Virus record (IMG/VR): IMGVR_UViG_3300042305_001561
Coordinates: 895-64,894 of that record
Origin: a virus
Lineage: Duplodnaviria > Caudoviricetes
Direction: 5' to 3' (one strand)
Length of the DNA stretch: 64,000 nt
In this document: positions 55,753 to 63,584 of the stretch, in pieces
Numbering within the stretch: the stretch's first letter is position 1
Layout: each line of letters begins with the position of its first letter
The notes under the pieces: generated by a model
Database searches by the model: none
Seen by the model: the letters and a program-made list of their open reading frames with translations, nothing else
What the model was told of the DNA's origin: nothing
Translations under genes and position numbers: made by a program

Positions 55753-56415
55753 TTAGTATCTGTTTTTTATACGTTTGGTTGATCTACGCGGCTTTTTCTT
55801 TGCCACACAGTCCCCCTTACACCTGAATAATGCCACACCCAGTATAATTGTCAAGGCAGCAGTGAAATATACTACTTTTTCATATGCTACTAATTCATCC
55901 AACGCAATTTTTCTTGAATTTTCCGCCGCATCAAACTTATTATCCAGTATCTTGTTTATGATTTCCGTTACGGGATCTATTAGACGATATAACTCTCCAT
56001 TATACAATTGTGCGTGTATTTCTTTTACATCTCCACGCACACTCAATACTTGTATCTTTTTGATATATTCTGTTACTCGCTGTGTGCGTATAAACAACTC
56101 TTTGTCGTCTATTGTTTCTTTTCCTTCTACATTTTTCTTGTATGACGTAAGTAAAGTTTGTTGCTGTTGTAGCGTTTTTGTTAGCGTGTTTCTAAACTGA
56201 TCTAGTGTTATAAGATCGTGCGATACTTTGACTTGACTATCTACAAGCGTAAGACCATATGAGTCAAACAACGGACTAAGTGTATTTGTTACAACCTCAA
56301 ATTCTTTATACGAATGATCAATCTTTGAACGCAGCATTGAACTTGTGTATAGCCCCTTTGATACAAAAATGGACACAATAAAAAGCATTACAATAATGGC
56401 GTGTTTTGATTTCAT
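55753..56415 (-). CDS. TM-periplasmic four-helix-bundle-TM protein (chemoreceptor sensor-like, no signalling domain)
   Basis: Two TM helices flank DSYGLTLVD...LYRLIDPVT; short basic tail. Confidence 0.55.
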   Translation of the reverse strand: MKSKHAIIVMLFIVSIFVSKGLYTSSMLRSKIDHSYKEFEVVTNTLSPLFDSYGLTLVDSQVKVSHDLITLDQFRNTLTKTLQQQQTLLTSYKKNVEGKETIDDKELFIRTQRVTEYIKKIQVLSVRGDVKEIHAQLYNGELYRLIDPVTEIINKILDNKFDAAENSRKIALDELVAYEKVVYFTAALTIILGVALFRCKGDCVAKKKPRRSTKRIKNRY

Positions 56416-56732
56416 TTTTTATTGATAAACTTTGCTGGGTTTTTGGATACTTGCTTTGCTAATCTTGCCAATCCTTGTAATAACTCAGGTGATATTACAC
56501 CAACAACACCATATATTATTGCTTTGGTTAGGCTGGATATGTCAGTTTGTTCCAACATAAACCACGCTATTATAGAGCATATAGATGCAGCAAATATCTT
56601 TTTGAGTTGTTCTACCCACGGCATTTTACTGTCGTCTGTAAGTAATCTTGCGACCATTCCTGCCGCACCTACCAGTGCTACAAGCCATCCGCCAGTCAAA
56701 AACTCTCTTATCAGGTCTTTATCATCTGCCAT
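56412..56732 (-). CDS. putative holin
   Basis: 106 aa, three TM helices, basic C-terminus. Confidence 0.6.
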   Translation of the reverse strand: MADDKDLIREFLTGGWLVALVGAAGMVARLLTDDSKMPWVEQLKKIFAASICSIIAWFMLEQTDISSLTKAIIYGVVGVISPELLQGLARLAKQVSKNPAKFINKK

Positions 56733-56788
56733 ATATTTGTATATCTATAGATATAATATATATGTCAAAAAACTATATAAAATTATTT

Positions 56789-57085
56789 ACAATTAGCAAA
56801 TACGTAATACTACGTATTTCCCATTCCGAACCGCGTGGAGGTTTGTAAAACTCGGAACACTAAAAGAATATATCTCAACGGGATTGATTACCCATCTTAT
56901 TAATATATTCTTTCATTTATAAGAACAATATATTCACTTCGTGCTCACAACAAGTTATCTCTGTCACTATCCTAACCTAAACTTGTTGATTTGCTTCCCA
57001 CAAAACGGTCCTCTCTATTATGAGTCCGGTGGCTATTTTAACGCTTAAATAGGTGCGTTTTTACCTCTATCCCTAACAAAATTGA
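56789..57085 (-). ncRNA. unassigned structured RNA C (~300 nt)
   Basis: No ORF; pseudoknot AGGU/ACCU + AACGC/GCGUU; CAACAAGUU/AACUUGUUG; terminal AAAUACGUA/UACGUAUUU; follows promoter/boxA. Confidence 0.6.
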
Positions 57086-57089
57086 TTTT

Positions 57090-57134
57090 TCTAAAGAACA
57101 ACTAACACTCTACACACTTTTTATACTTTGTCAA
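57090..57134 (-). promoter_or_regulatory. sigma70-like promoter plus boxA-like TGTTCTTTAGA
   Basis: TTGACA-16 nt-TAGAGT then TGTTCTTTAGAAAA. Confidence 0.65.
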
Positions 57135-57159
57135 ATACTATTTTGATTTTTCTCCAAAT

Positions 57160-57191
57160 AAAAACCCCACCTTTTTTACGGGTGGGGCTTT
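57160..57191 (-). terminator. rho-independent terminator
   Basis: CCCCACC/GGTGGGG hairpin with T tract. Confidence 0.75.
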
Positions 57192-57219
57192 ATAGGTTGG
57201 AAAATTTACTTTTCTCCTC

Positions 57220-57336
57220 TTAAGCCACACCCTCCTTTGTATCGCCTTCAGCGGCTCCAATGGATGGTTGTGCAATGAAGCAGATACCCCAATTGGAGCT
57301 TGTATTGCTATACTGTAGATGTGATGTGCTATTCAT
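57220..57336 (-). CDS. putative 38-aa peptide
   Basis: MNSTSHLQYSNTSSNWGICFIAQPSIGAAEGDTKEGVA between TATTTAT and terminator. Confidence 0.35.
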   Translation of the reverse strand: MNSTSHLQYSNTSSNWGICFIAQPSIGAAEGDTKEGVA

Positions 57337-57378
57337 TTCTTACTATAAATATGACTATGATACGAAAAAAGTGAGAAG

Positions 57379-57594
57379 TCAAACACTTTTTTCATTATTG
57401 TATAACCGCCTAAACCTTTCAGTTATCTCATACGGATGATAAAAGAAAGTTTGGCCGTCATCAAACTTGATAAAGTCAAACTGTATGCCTTTTACTTGTT
57501 TCCTTGTACCTGTATATGTTGCCATTTTTCCCGTAGGAATATGAACAAGTCGTTCATTTTCAGCGAAATGATGTTCTGCGTATGCGTTTTTCAT
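57379..57594 (-). CDS. hypothetical protein
   Basis: ATGA-coupled to the RNA ligase. Confidence 0.55.
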   Translation of the reverse strand: MKNAYAEHHFAENERLVHIPTGKMATYTGTRKQVKGIQFDFIKFDDGQTFFYHPYEITERFRRLYNNEKSV

Positions 57595-58613
57595 TCTTTG
57601 TATTTCTCCAAGAAGCGGTTTGATATTGTCTTGAAACTCAAGCGACCTTTTAGCACATCGCTGTATGTCTCAACGCTTGGACGCCAAACAATACCTTCGG
57701 CTGGTGTACCGTTAGAATAGTTCAGTTCATTGGCAATGCTCAAAAAATAATCAACACTCTTGGGCACAACATCATTACCAAGTTGAATAATATGTACAGT
57801 ATCTACAATCTTGATGTTATGTTTCTTACCAAAGCCAATCAAATCTTCTCTGTTGAGATATTTGCCACTATCAATGTCATATAGATTGAAAAGATATAAT
57901 TCAATCTCTTTGAACCCAAGACGATTTGCTTGTATGCCCGGTCCAACCATTTCACCTTGAATACACAGGTTGCGATGTTCACTGCGAAGAATCTCTTCAA
58001 GTTTGAGTTTGCGAGCCATCTTCCAATGAGCATTATCTTCTGTTTCTTTCAGGTTGAGATTGCGAGAGCATACACCAAACTCATCATCGCGACGATATGC
58101 CGTAAAACTTGTGCCGTCCATCTTTAGTGTGCCAATGAGCACCAATCCTTTATTGCTTGCTTCAACAAGCACATTTGGTTCAGATTGCAGACGAACTTCA
58201 TCTGTCTTATGTAAGAAAGATGGAAAGTTTCCTTTGACCATTCCGCTCAAATGAGCAGGTACAACAGGTTCATATTTTTCAACACCAACAAGCGATGTAA
58301 CATCCTGACCAACTTCATATTCACCTTGGGGTAGAATAGAAAGCGGCAATGCCAATCCTTGCGAAAGTTGGCCGCGAAGACGAATAGTTTTTACACGCAG
58401 TTTCTTATCTGCTTCCTTACGAAGATGATCATTCCAACTTGCGATAGGAAGTACAGAGTCAATCTCAAAATATACACACTTGTCATTTGGTTGAAACTCA
58501 TTCTTTTTTACAACACATTCCCACCCAAGAACTTTAGCACAAAGAATAGCATCTGCTCCATTTATAGGGTTCAGTTCTTTGATAAGTTGAATAGATGCCA
58601 GTTTTCGGTCCAT
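57591..58613 (-). CDS. RNA ligase, DRB0094/Rnl5 family
   Basis: RKLASI, YFEIDS, LRGQLSQGL, KTDE, KMDGTS, QGEM, EGIV, SFKTISN. Confidence 0.9.
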   Translation of the reverse strand: MDRKLASIQLIKELNPINGADAILCAKVLGWECVVKKNEFQPNDKCVYFEIDSVLPIASWNDHLRKEADKKLRVKTIRLRGQLSQGLALPLSILPQGEYEVGQDVTSLVGVEKYEPVVPAHLSGMVKGNFPSFLHKTDEVRLQSEPNVLVEASNKGLVLIGTLKMDGTSFTAYRRDDEFGVCSRNLNLKETEDNAHWKMARKLKLEEILRSEHRNLCIQGEMVGPGIQANRLGFKEIELYLFNLYDIDSGKYLNREDLIGFGKKHNIKIVDTVHIIQLGNDVVPKSVDYFLSIANELNYSNGTPAEGIVWRPSVETYSDVLKGRLSFKTISNRFLEKYKE

Positions 58614-58694
58614 AATGCTATTACCATACACTATAATAACCTTTTGTCAATATGTTTTTAGCCCTTGATATATATTTATTATAATCAAGCATAT

Positions 58695-60272
58695 ATGATT
58701 TCACTACTTTCTCTATTACAAGAAGCACTTAGCGGCAAAGGATTTTATGACCAGCTTGTAAGTCCTTCGTTCAGAACACAGGATACATTCCCAGTAAAGA
58801 TAGACTTTATTGTTGATAATAAGAAAGTAGAAGTAAGTATTCCTGTAAAGATTACCATGAATAATCTAAAGCGAGAAGTTGACCAATACTTGCGTGCGCC
58901 TGGTGAAATGAAAACCAAGCTTGATACATATGCCTACTGGTATGACAACTTCAATAAGCTTGTGTTTCAAAGTATGGGAGAAAGTGATGGTTGTTTGTTC
59001 TTGGCGGCTTGCGGTTATTGTTCTGCCAACACCGCACTTGACCAAAACATTCTTGAAGCCGCTAAACTATACACCGCAGTAAAAAAAGATTTTGGTAGTG
59101 AAGAAGGTAAGCAGGCACTTTCAGATATTGCCGCTAATGTAAAGAGTAATCTAAAAGATAAAGATCTGGCGTTCTTGGCAAAATATCCAAACAGTGCATA
59201 TGCCAATCTACTTCTTCCAAAGAAAGACTATACTGGAAAGAAGATTGAAAAGGGGCCAAAGAAAGGTCAAGATGACATCTTTAGTGAAGTTACCGTGTCA
59301 AACGCCAAGATTCCAAACTTCAATACATATGTAAAGTATTACCTTCAGCATAATGGAAATGTATCAAAAGAAGAACTATACAAAGATCTTGAATCTGGTG
59401 TATTTACCATCAGCGGTACAAAAATCAACTCGTTCCTTATCAATCTTATATTTCCTGGCAAAAAATGGGCAGGCAAGATTGACCCTGCGACCATTGACCG
59501 CTGGATGATACGTGTATTCTTTGATGAACCATTGAAGAACATGGTTGAAAATGACATCACAGATTGGATTGCTCATATCCCAGACGATGAAGATGAAGAA
59601 GAAAAGGTCGATGAAGCAAAGCCAAAGAAACCAAAAAAGCCAAAGCTTTCGCCGGAAGAAGAAATGCTTGCCAAGAAAAAGAAATCATTGGAAAAAAAGA
59701 AAAATGCCATCGTAAACAAAATAGTAATGAAGCTGTTTGGCGATGATTATATACGTCAGAACCTGGTAAAGATACTACACGAAGAAGCACAAAAGATTGG
59801 TCTTACATCATATCAACTACAGGCACTTGCTTGGGTAAATATACGTGAAAGATATGATGAACCTGCTGCCAAGTTCGCCAAGTTTGAAGATGTTATGGAA
59901 TATGCCAGAGATGCTGCCAGCACAGTTATGGCAATAGATCCAAACATCAACTCGGTGATGAACACGATCAAGATACTTTCATCTGGACCAAGATTCAAGT
60001 TCACCAATCCACAACAGGTTGTTGATACAATAGAAAACGCAGAAAGATATGAAAAGGTATATTTTCTGCCACCAAAAATCGCCAAAGCAAAGAAAGACAA
60101 GGGCTCTACGATTGATTATACCAAAATCAAAGTTGGTATGGTAAGCGACAATAAGGCGGATATATACAATCTGAAAATATCCAAAAAGAAGCCGATACAA
60201 TCAATAGATGGAGCAAACAGAGCAGAAACACTCAAGAAAGTTCTTGATTGGATTTTAAACTATAAAACATAA
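58695..60272 (+). CDS. large protein with MISLLSLLQE leader and HhH/glycosylase-like core
   Basis: WY, SANT...N, GTKINSF..NL, TIDRWM, QLQALAW. Confidence 0.55.
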   Translation: MISLLSLLQEALSGKGFYDQLVSPSFRTQDTFPVKIDFIVDNKKVEVSIPVKITMNNLKREVDQYLRAPGEMKTKLDTYAYWYDNFNKLVFQSMGESDGCLFLAACGYCSANTALDQNILEAAKLYTAVKKDFGSEEGKQALSDIAANVKSNLKDKDLAFLAKYPNSAYANLLLPKKDYTGKKIEKGPKKGQDDIFSEVTVSNAKIPNFNTYVKYYLQHNGNVSKEELYKDLESGVFTISGTKINSFLINLIFPGKKWAGKIDPATIDRWMIRVFFDEPLKNMVENDITDWIAHIPDDEDEEEKVDEAKPKKPKKPKLSPEEEMLAKKKKSLEKKKNAIVNKIVMKLFGDDYIRQNLVKILHEEAQKIGLTSYQLQALAWVNIRERYDEPAAKFAKFEDVMEYARDAASTVMAIDPNINSVMNTIKILSSGPRFKFTNPQQVVDTIENAERYEKVYFLPPKIAKAKKDKGSTIDYTKIKVGMVSDNKADIYNLKISKKKPIQSIDGANRAETLKKVLDWILNYKT

Positions 60273-60280
60273 CCAAACAT

Positions 60281-60727
60281 ATGCCAGCACCAATCATACC
60301 AGGACCAAACAATCAACTGATTACAGGATCTTTACCCACTCAGTATGGATTTACTTCAAACTATGTACAATCGGATACAGGAAGTGTAACAATAGCAAGT
60401 GGTTCAACTACTCCTGCGTCCGTTGTTAATGTTTCAATAACTACCACGGGAAATCCCGTATTTATTTCTTGTACCGGAGATGCAAACCCATCAACGGGTG
60501 GAGGGTGGTGTGTATTTCAACTATATAGAGACAGCACCGCAATTGGAAAGAAAATTCAAGCAGAAAGTTCCGATAGCAACGAGAATGTTCCATATGGAAT
60601 TACATGTATTGATAATCTGCCCGCCGGTACATATACATATTCTCTCAAAGTTACATCAATTGCTGGTAGTAATTTTACATTCGGTGAGCCAGATGGCCCC
60701 AACTTAACAGTGTTTGAAATAAGATGA
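60281..60727 (+). CDS. beta-rich hypothetical protein (fibre C-terminus-like)
   Basis: S/T/G-rich; AGTYTYSL...LTVFEI. Confidence 0.5.
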   Translation: MPAPIIPGPNNQLITGSLPTQYGFTSNYVQSDTGSVTIASGSTTPASVVNVSITTTGNPVFISCTGDANPSTGGGWCVFQLYRDSTAIGKKIQAESSDSNENVPYGITCIDNLPAGTYTYSLKVTSIAGSNFTFGEPDGPNLTVFEIR

Positions 60728-60730
60728 TAC

Positions 60731-60760
60731 AAAAAAGCCCGCCAAATAGGCGGGCTTCTT
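60731..60760. terminator. bidirectional terminator
   Basis: AAGCCCGCC-AAATA-GGCGGGCTT between convergent genes. Confidence 0.75.
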
Positions 60761-60777
60761 GTTTATACATTATCGTA

Positions 60778-61761
60778 TTATTTGGTATATAGATTTTTGA
60801 ACTTGTTGAAGGTAGATTCAAATAAAGTTTCAGTCATTGGGTCCACATTGATATTTCCGGATTTCATTGTATTGATAAATGTATCAAGTTTTCCGTCGCC
60901 ACCTTTTTCTGTTTGAGGCATTATTGCTCTTTCATATTCACCGGGACGCTGCTTTATAAGTAGAACATTTTTCCAAAGATATGGTATTATTACATTACTA
61001 ACAAATTGTACGTTGTTTCCAGCGGCGGCATCATCGGCCTCTTGCAATTTGGATTTCATCTCAGCTTCAACTATTTTAAATGATTTTAATGCAGCTTCAT
61101 TGTTATCTAAGTTTGCGTGAATCCACTTGGCAAATCCATCCTGCGCTACTTTGAACAGGTCTGTGTCCGTTGATTGTCCACCCGTAGTTGGTAGTTCTTT
61201 TCTAGTGGCTGCTATTCCGAGGTGAATCTTTTTCAAAATTGTAGTTGGATCTGATTTTCCTTCGAAGGTAATATTATATACTGGGATGACTCCTTTTGGA
61301 TTTAAACAAAAAATTTGAGACCAACGATGGTGTCCGTCGATAACATAGTTTCCAGAAACAATTATGGGTAGCATACTTCCTTTGGCATCTCTTATATAAG
61401 ATACAATATTTTCGGGCTGCTTATTGAACGGCCAATTGAGAGATTTTTCCAAAAATACTTCATTTTGCGTCGGTATCAGCGACAAAACTGGCACCTCATT
61501 TTGTTGTATCCGTATAACATCATCGTCAGTTGCCCCATCTTCTTTAGCCGCCATCAAAAATGCTTGTACCTTTGGGTCAGTAATTGCACTCTGCAATTCT
61601 TTGACGAAAGAGCCCAAATCTTTTTTCAGCATTTGTCCAAATTTTATTTTGTATTGCTTTATTTCGGCGGGAGTGAGCGACGCCTCCTCACCAATCAATC
61701 CATTTCGGCTTTCTAATACCAATTTCTTATGCTTCTCAAAGGTAGATTCAAATATATTCAT
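60778..61761 (-). CDS. ParB/Srx-like domain protein with LVLE leader
   Basis: LIPTQ, PIIVS, VIDGHHRW. Confidence 0.7.
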   Translation of the reverse strand: MNIFESTFEKHKKLVLESRNGLIGEEASLTPAEIKQYKIKFGQMLKKDLGSFVKELQSAITDPKVQAFLMAAKEDGATDDDVIRIQQNEVPVLSLIPTQNEVFLEKSLNWPFNKQPENIVSYIRDAKGSMLPIIVSGNYVIDGHHRWSQIFCLNPKGVIPVYNITFEGKSDPTTILKKIHLGIAATRKELPTTGGQSTDTDLFKVAQDGFAKWIHANLDNNEAALKSFKIVEAEMKSKLQEADDAAAGNNVQFVSNVIIPYLWKNVLLIKQRPGEYERAIMPQTEKGGDGKLDTFINTMKSGNINVDPMTETLFESTFNKFKNLYTK

Positions 61762-61805
61762 ACTGGTCTATAATAAGGTTATGTGTATAAATATATATAA
61801 AAAAC

Positions 61806-61833
61806 AAAACCCACCGTTTTTTGGTGGGTTTTT
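61806..61833 (-). terminator. rho-independent terminator
   Basis: AAAACCCACC/GGTGGGTTTT. Confidence 0.7.
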
Positions 61834-61836
61834 ATA

Positions 61837-62055
61837 TTACAACCACTTCTTTACTTCACTATCGTTGTTATATCCACCCTGCTTGGCAAGTGCTTTGATT
61901 TTCTTCATTTCATCGCCTTTGATTTCTTCTGCCATCACATTTACAGGGTGCATATCGTATATCTTACCATTGTCGGTAAGATAATACTTTTTTTCGCCTG
62001 CTTCTAATCTAACAACCTTATTGTCTGTAAAAAATACAGCGTCTGTTATTTTCAT
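61837..62055 (-). CDS. hypothetical protein
   Basis: ATGA-coupled ORF. Confidence 0.55.
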   Translation of the reverse strand: MKITDAVFFTDNKVVRLEAGEKKYYLTDNGKIYDMHPVNVMAEEIKGDEMKKIKALAKQGGYNNDSEVKKWL

Positions 62056-62453
62056 GACACTTCTTTTACTTCGCCACTTAGTGTAACTAACCCATCAACT
62101 GGCGTCCAGTTTGTTATTTTGTTGCTATCTACTGGCTTGCCACCAATTCGTCTATTTACTGCTACCGTGATATGCGGTATAGTATTCTTGCTATAAAAAC
62201 CAACTACTCTTACGGCAATAGCCTTGTCGCTGATACCATAATGAGTAATATCCAGTTTTTGCTTGGTGCCAAGATATTGTTTTATAAACTCGGGAGCATT
62301 GCCCATACTTATGGTCATATGATGGCAGATCATTTCCCAGCCATTATCACGCACAAGAATAGGCAATCTAACGCCATTTAGCTTAATATTGTCATCTGCC
62401 CATTTGGTGAGCTTTAGATGTGACTTTTCGTCTAATACAACAGCGGTATACAT
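62052..62453 (-). CDS. 2H phosphoesterase (tRNA-ligase CPDase-like)
   Basis: HHMT and PHIT motifs, SN.I..W. Confidence 0.8.
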   Translation of the reverse strand: MYTAVVLDEKSHLKLTKWADDNIKLNGVRLPILVRDNGWEMICHHMTISMGNAPEFIKQYLGTKQKLDITHYGISDKAIAVRVVGFYSKNTIPHITVAVNRRIGGKPVDSNKITNWTPVDGLVTLSGEVKEVS

Positions 62454-62454
62454 A

Positions 62455-62628
62455 TTATTCTGGTAGTTTATAGTTGTCTGGAACTTCGTTCTTTATAACG
62501 AGCAAAGCATATTCTTCGAGCGACAACCCCAAAGATTCATGCAAGTCTTCGCCCTGTGGTGTATTTTTCCACACTTTGATGCGTGACTGGATCCTTGCTT
62601 CAAGTTTAGGATTGTCGGCTAACTTCAT
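62455..62628 (-). CDS. small hypothetical protein (57 aa)
   Basis: Manual translation MKLADNPKLEARIQSRIKVW...LHESLGLSLEEY. Confidence 0.5.
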   Translation of the reverse strand: MKLADNPKLEARIQSRIKVWKNTPQGEDLHESLGLSLEEYALLVIKNEVPDNYKLPE

Positions 62629-62629
62629 A

Positions 62630-63583
62630 TTATTTGGTGATTGTTAGTACCTTATAAATAGTTGCCATAAAGCATATTTCTCTGTCTGCCACAGATGCTT
62701 CTTGATATTGACCTTCTGCAAGAGCAAGAATAACTTCACCTTGAACATTGCTGGCATATACATCAACCTTTTCATACATCTCTGTATAAAGATCGCTGAA
62801 GTTCTTTAGACTGTTATCTGCCACAAGTTGGCGAATGTCTGTGAATGCCTGCTTCTTGTTTGTATTCTTGAGCATATCAATCAGTTTGGACTTGATATCA
62901 CCCTGTAATACATCTTCTTTGGCAAGTTTGAGTTGAGCATTGATTACTCCACGCTGTGCGGTATTGATAATGGCACGAATGTCTGGATAATGACTATTGA
63001 CGAGCAATACAACACTCTCCTTATCAAACTTGACATTTTCCTTTTGTAGAATCTTTACAAGATTGGCGGCAACATCCTTCTTGGTGGGAGGATGAATAGC
63101 ATAAGACTGACAACGAGACTGAATCGGCTCGGTGATGCGTTCGTAATAATTACAAGTAAGTATGAAGCGAGTGTTCATACTATATGTCTCCATCGTATTA
63201 CGCAGACCTGCCTGACCGGCAGCGGTCAAATAGTCAGCCTCGTCAAGAATAATGACCTTCAATCCATTGAAGCCAATGGTCGAGGCGAAGTTCTTGATCT
63301 TTACACGAATGGTGTCAATGCCGTTGTCATCCGAAGCATTGATGTAGAGTACATCACACTTGATGCTCTTCGTGATAAGTTTCGCAAGAGTAGTTTTGCC
63401 AGTTCCAGCGCCACCATATAAGAGTAGATGTGGTATGTCATTTTCGTTGATATATTGCTTTACCTTTTCCTTCAGAACTTCGTTGCCAACATAATCGGCC
63501 AAACTTGTGGGGCGATACTTTTCGCACCAAAGTGAATGCTCGATGTTGGTGTTTGTATTTTCGGTCTCTTCAAGAAAGTTCAT
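62630..63583 (-). CDS. clamp loader large subunit (T4 gp44/RFC-like)
   Basis: WCEKYRP, GGAGTGKTT, NASD, DEAD, SRC. Confidence 0.92.
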   Translation of the reverse strand: MNFLEETENTNTNIEHSLWCEKYRPTSLADYVGNEVLKEKVKQYINENDIPHLLLYGGAGTGKTTLAKLITKSIKCDVLYINASDDNGIDTIRVKIKNFASTIGFNGLKVIILDEADYLTAAGQAGLRNTMETYSMNTRFILTCNYYERITEPIQSRCQSYAIHPPTKKDVAANLVKILQKENVKFDKESVVLLVNSHYPDIRAIINTAQRGVINAQLKLAKEDVLQGDIKSKLIDMLKNTNKKQAFTDIRQLVADNSLKNFSDLYTEMYEKVDVYASNVQGEVILALAEGQYQEASVADREICFMATIYKVLTITK

Positions 63584-63584
63584 T

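Noticed and set aside
1211-63421. Many ORF-track entries antisense to long genes or overlapping RNA genes (e.g. 1462-2094, 8264-9037, 46896-47489, 35620-35802, 51802-52017, 54209-54448)
   Set aside because: Shadow frames of real genes or RNAs, with no motifs or expression signals.
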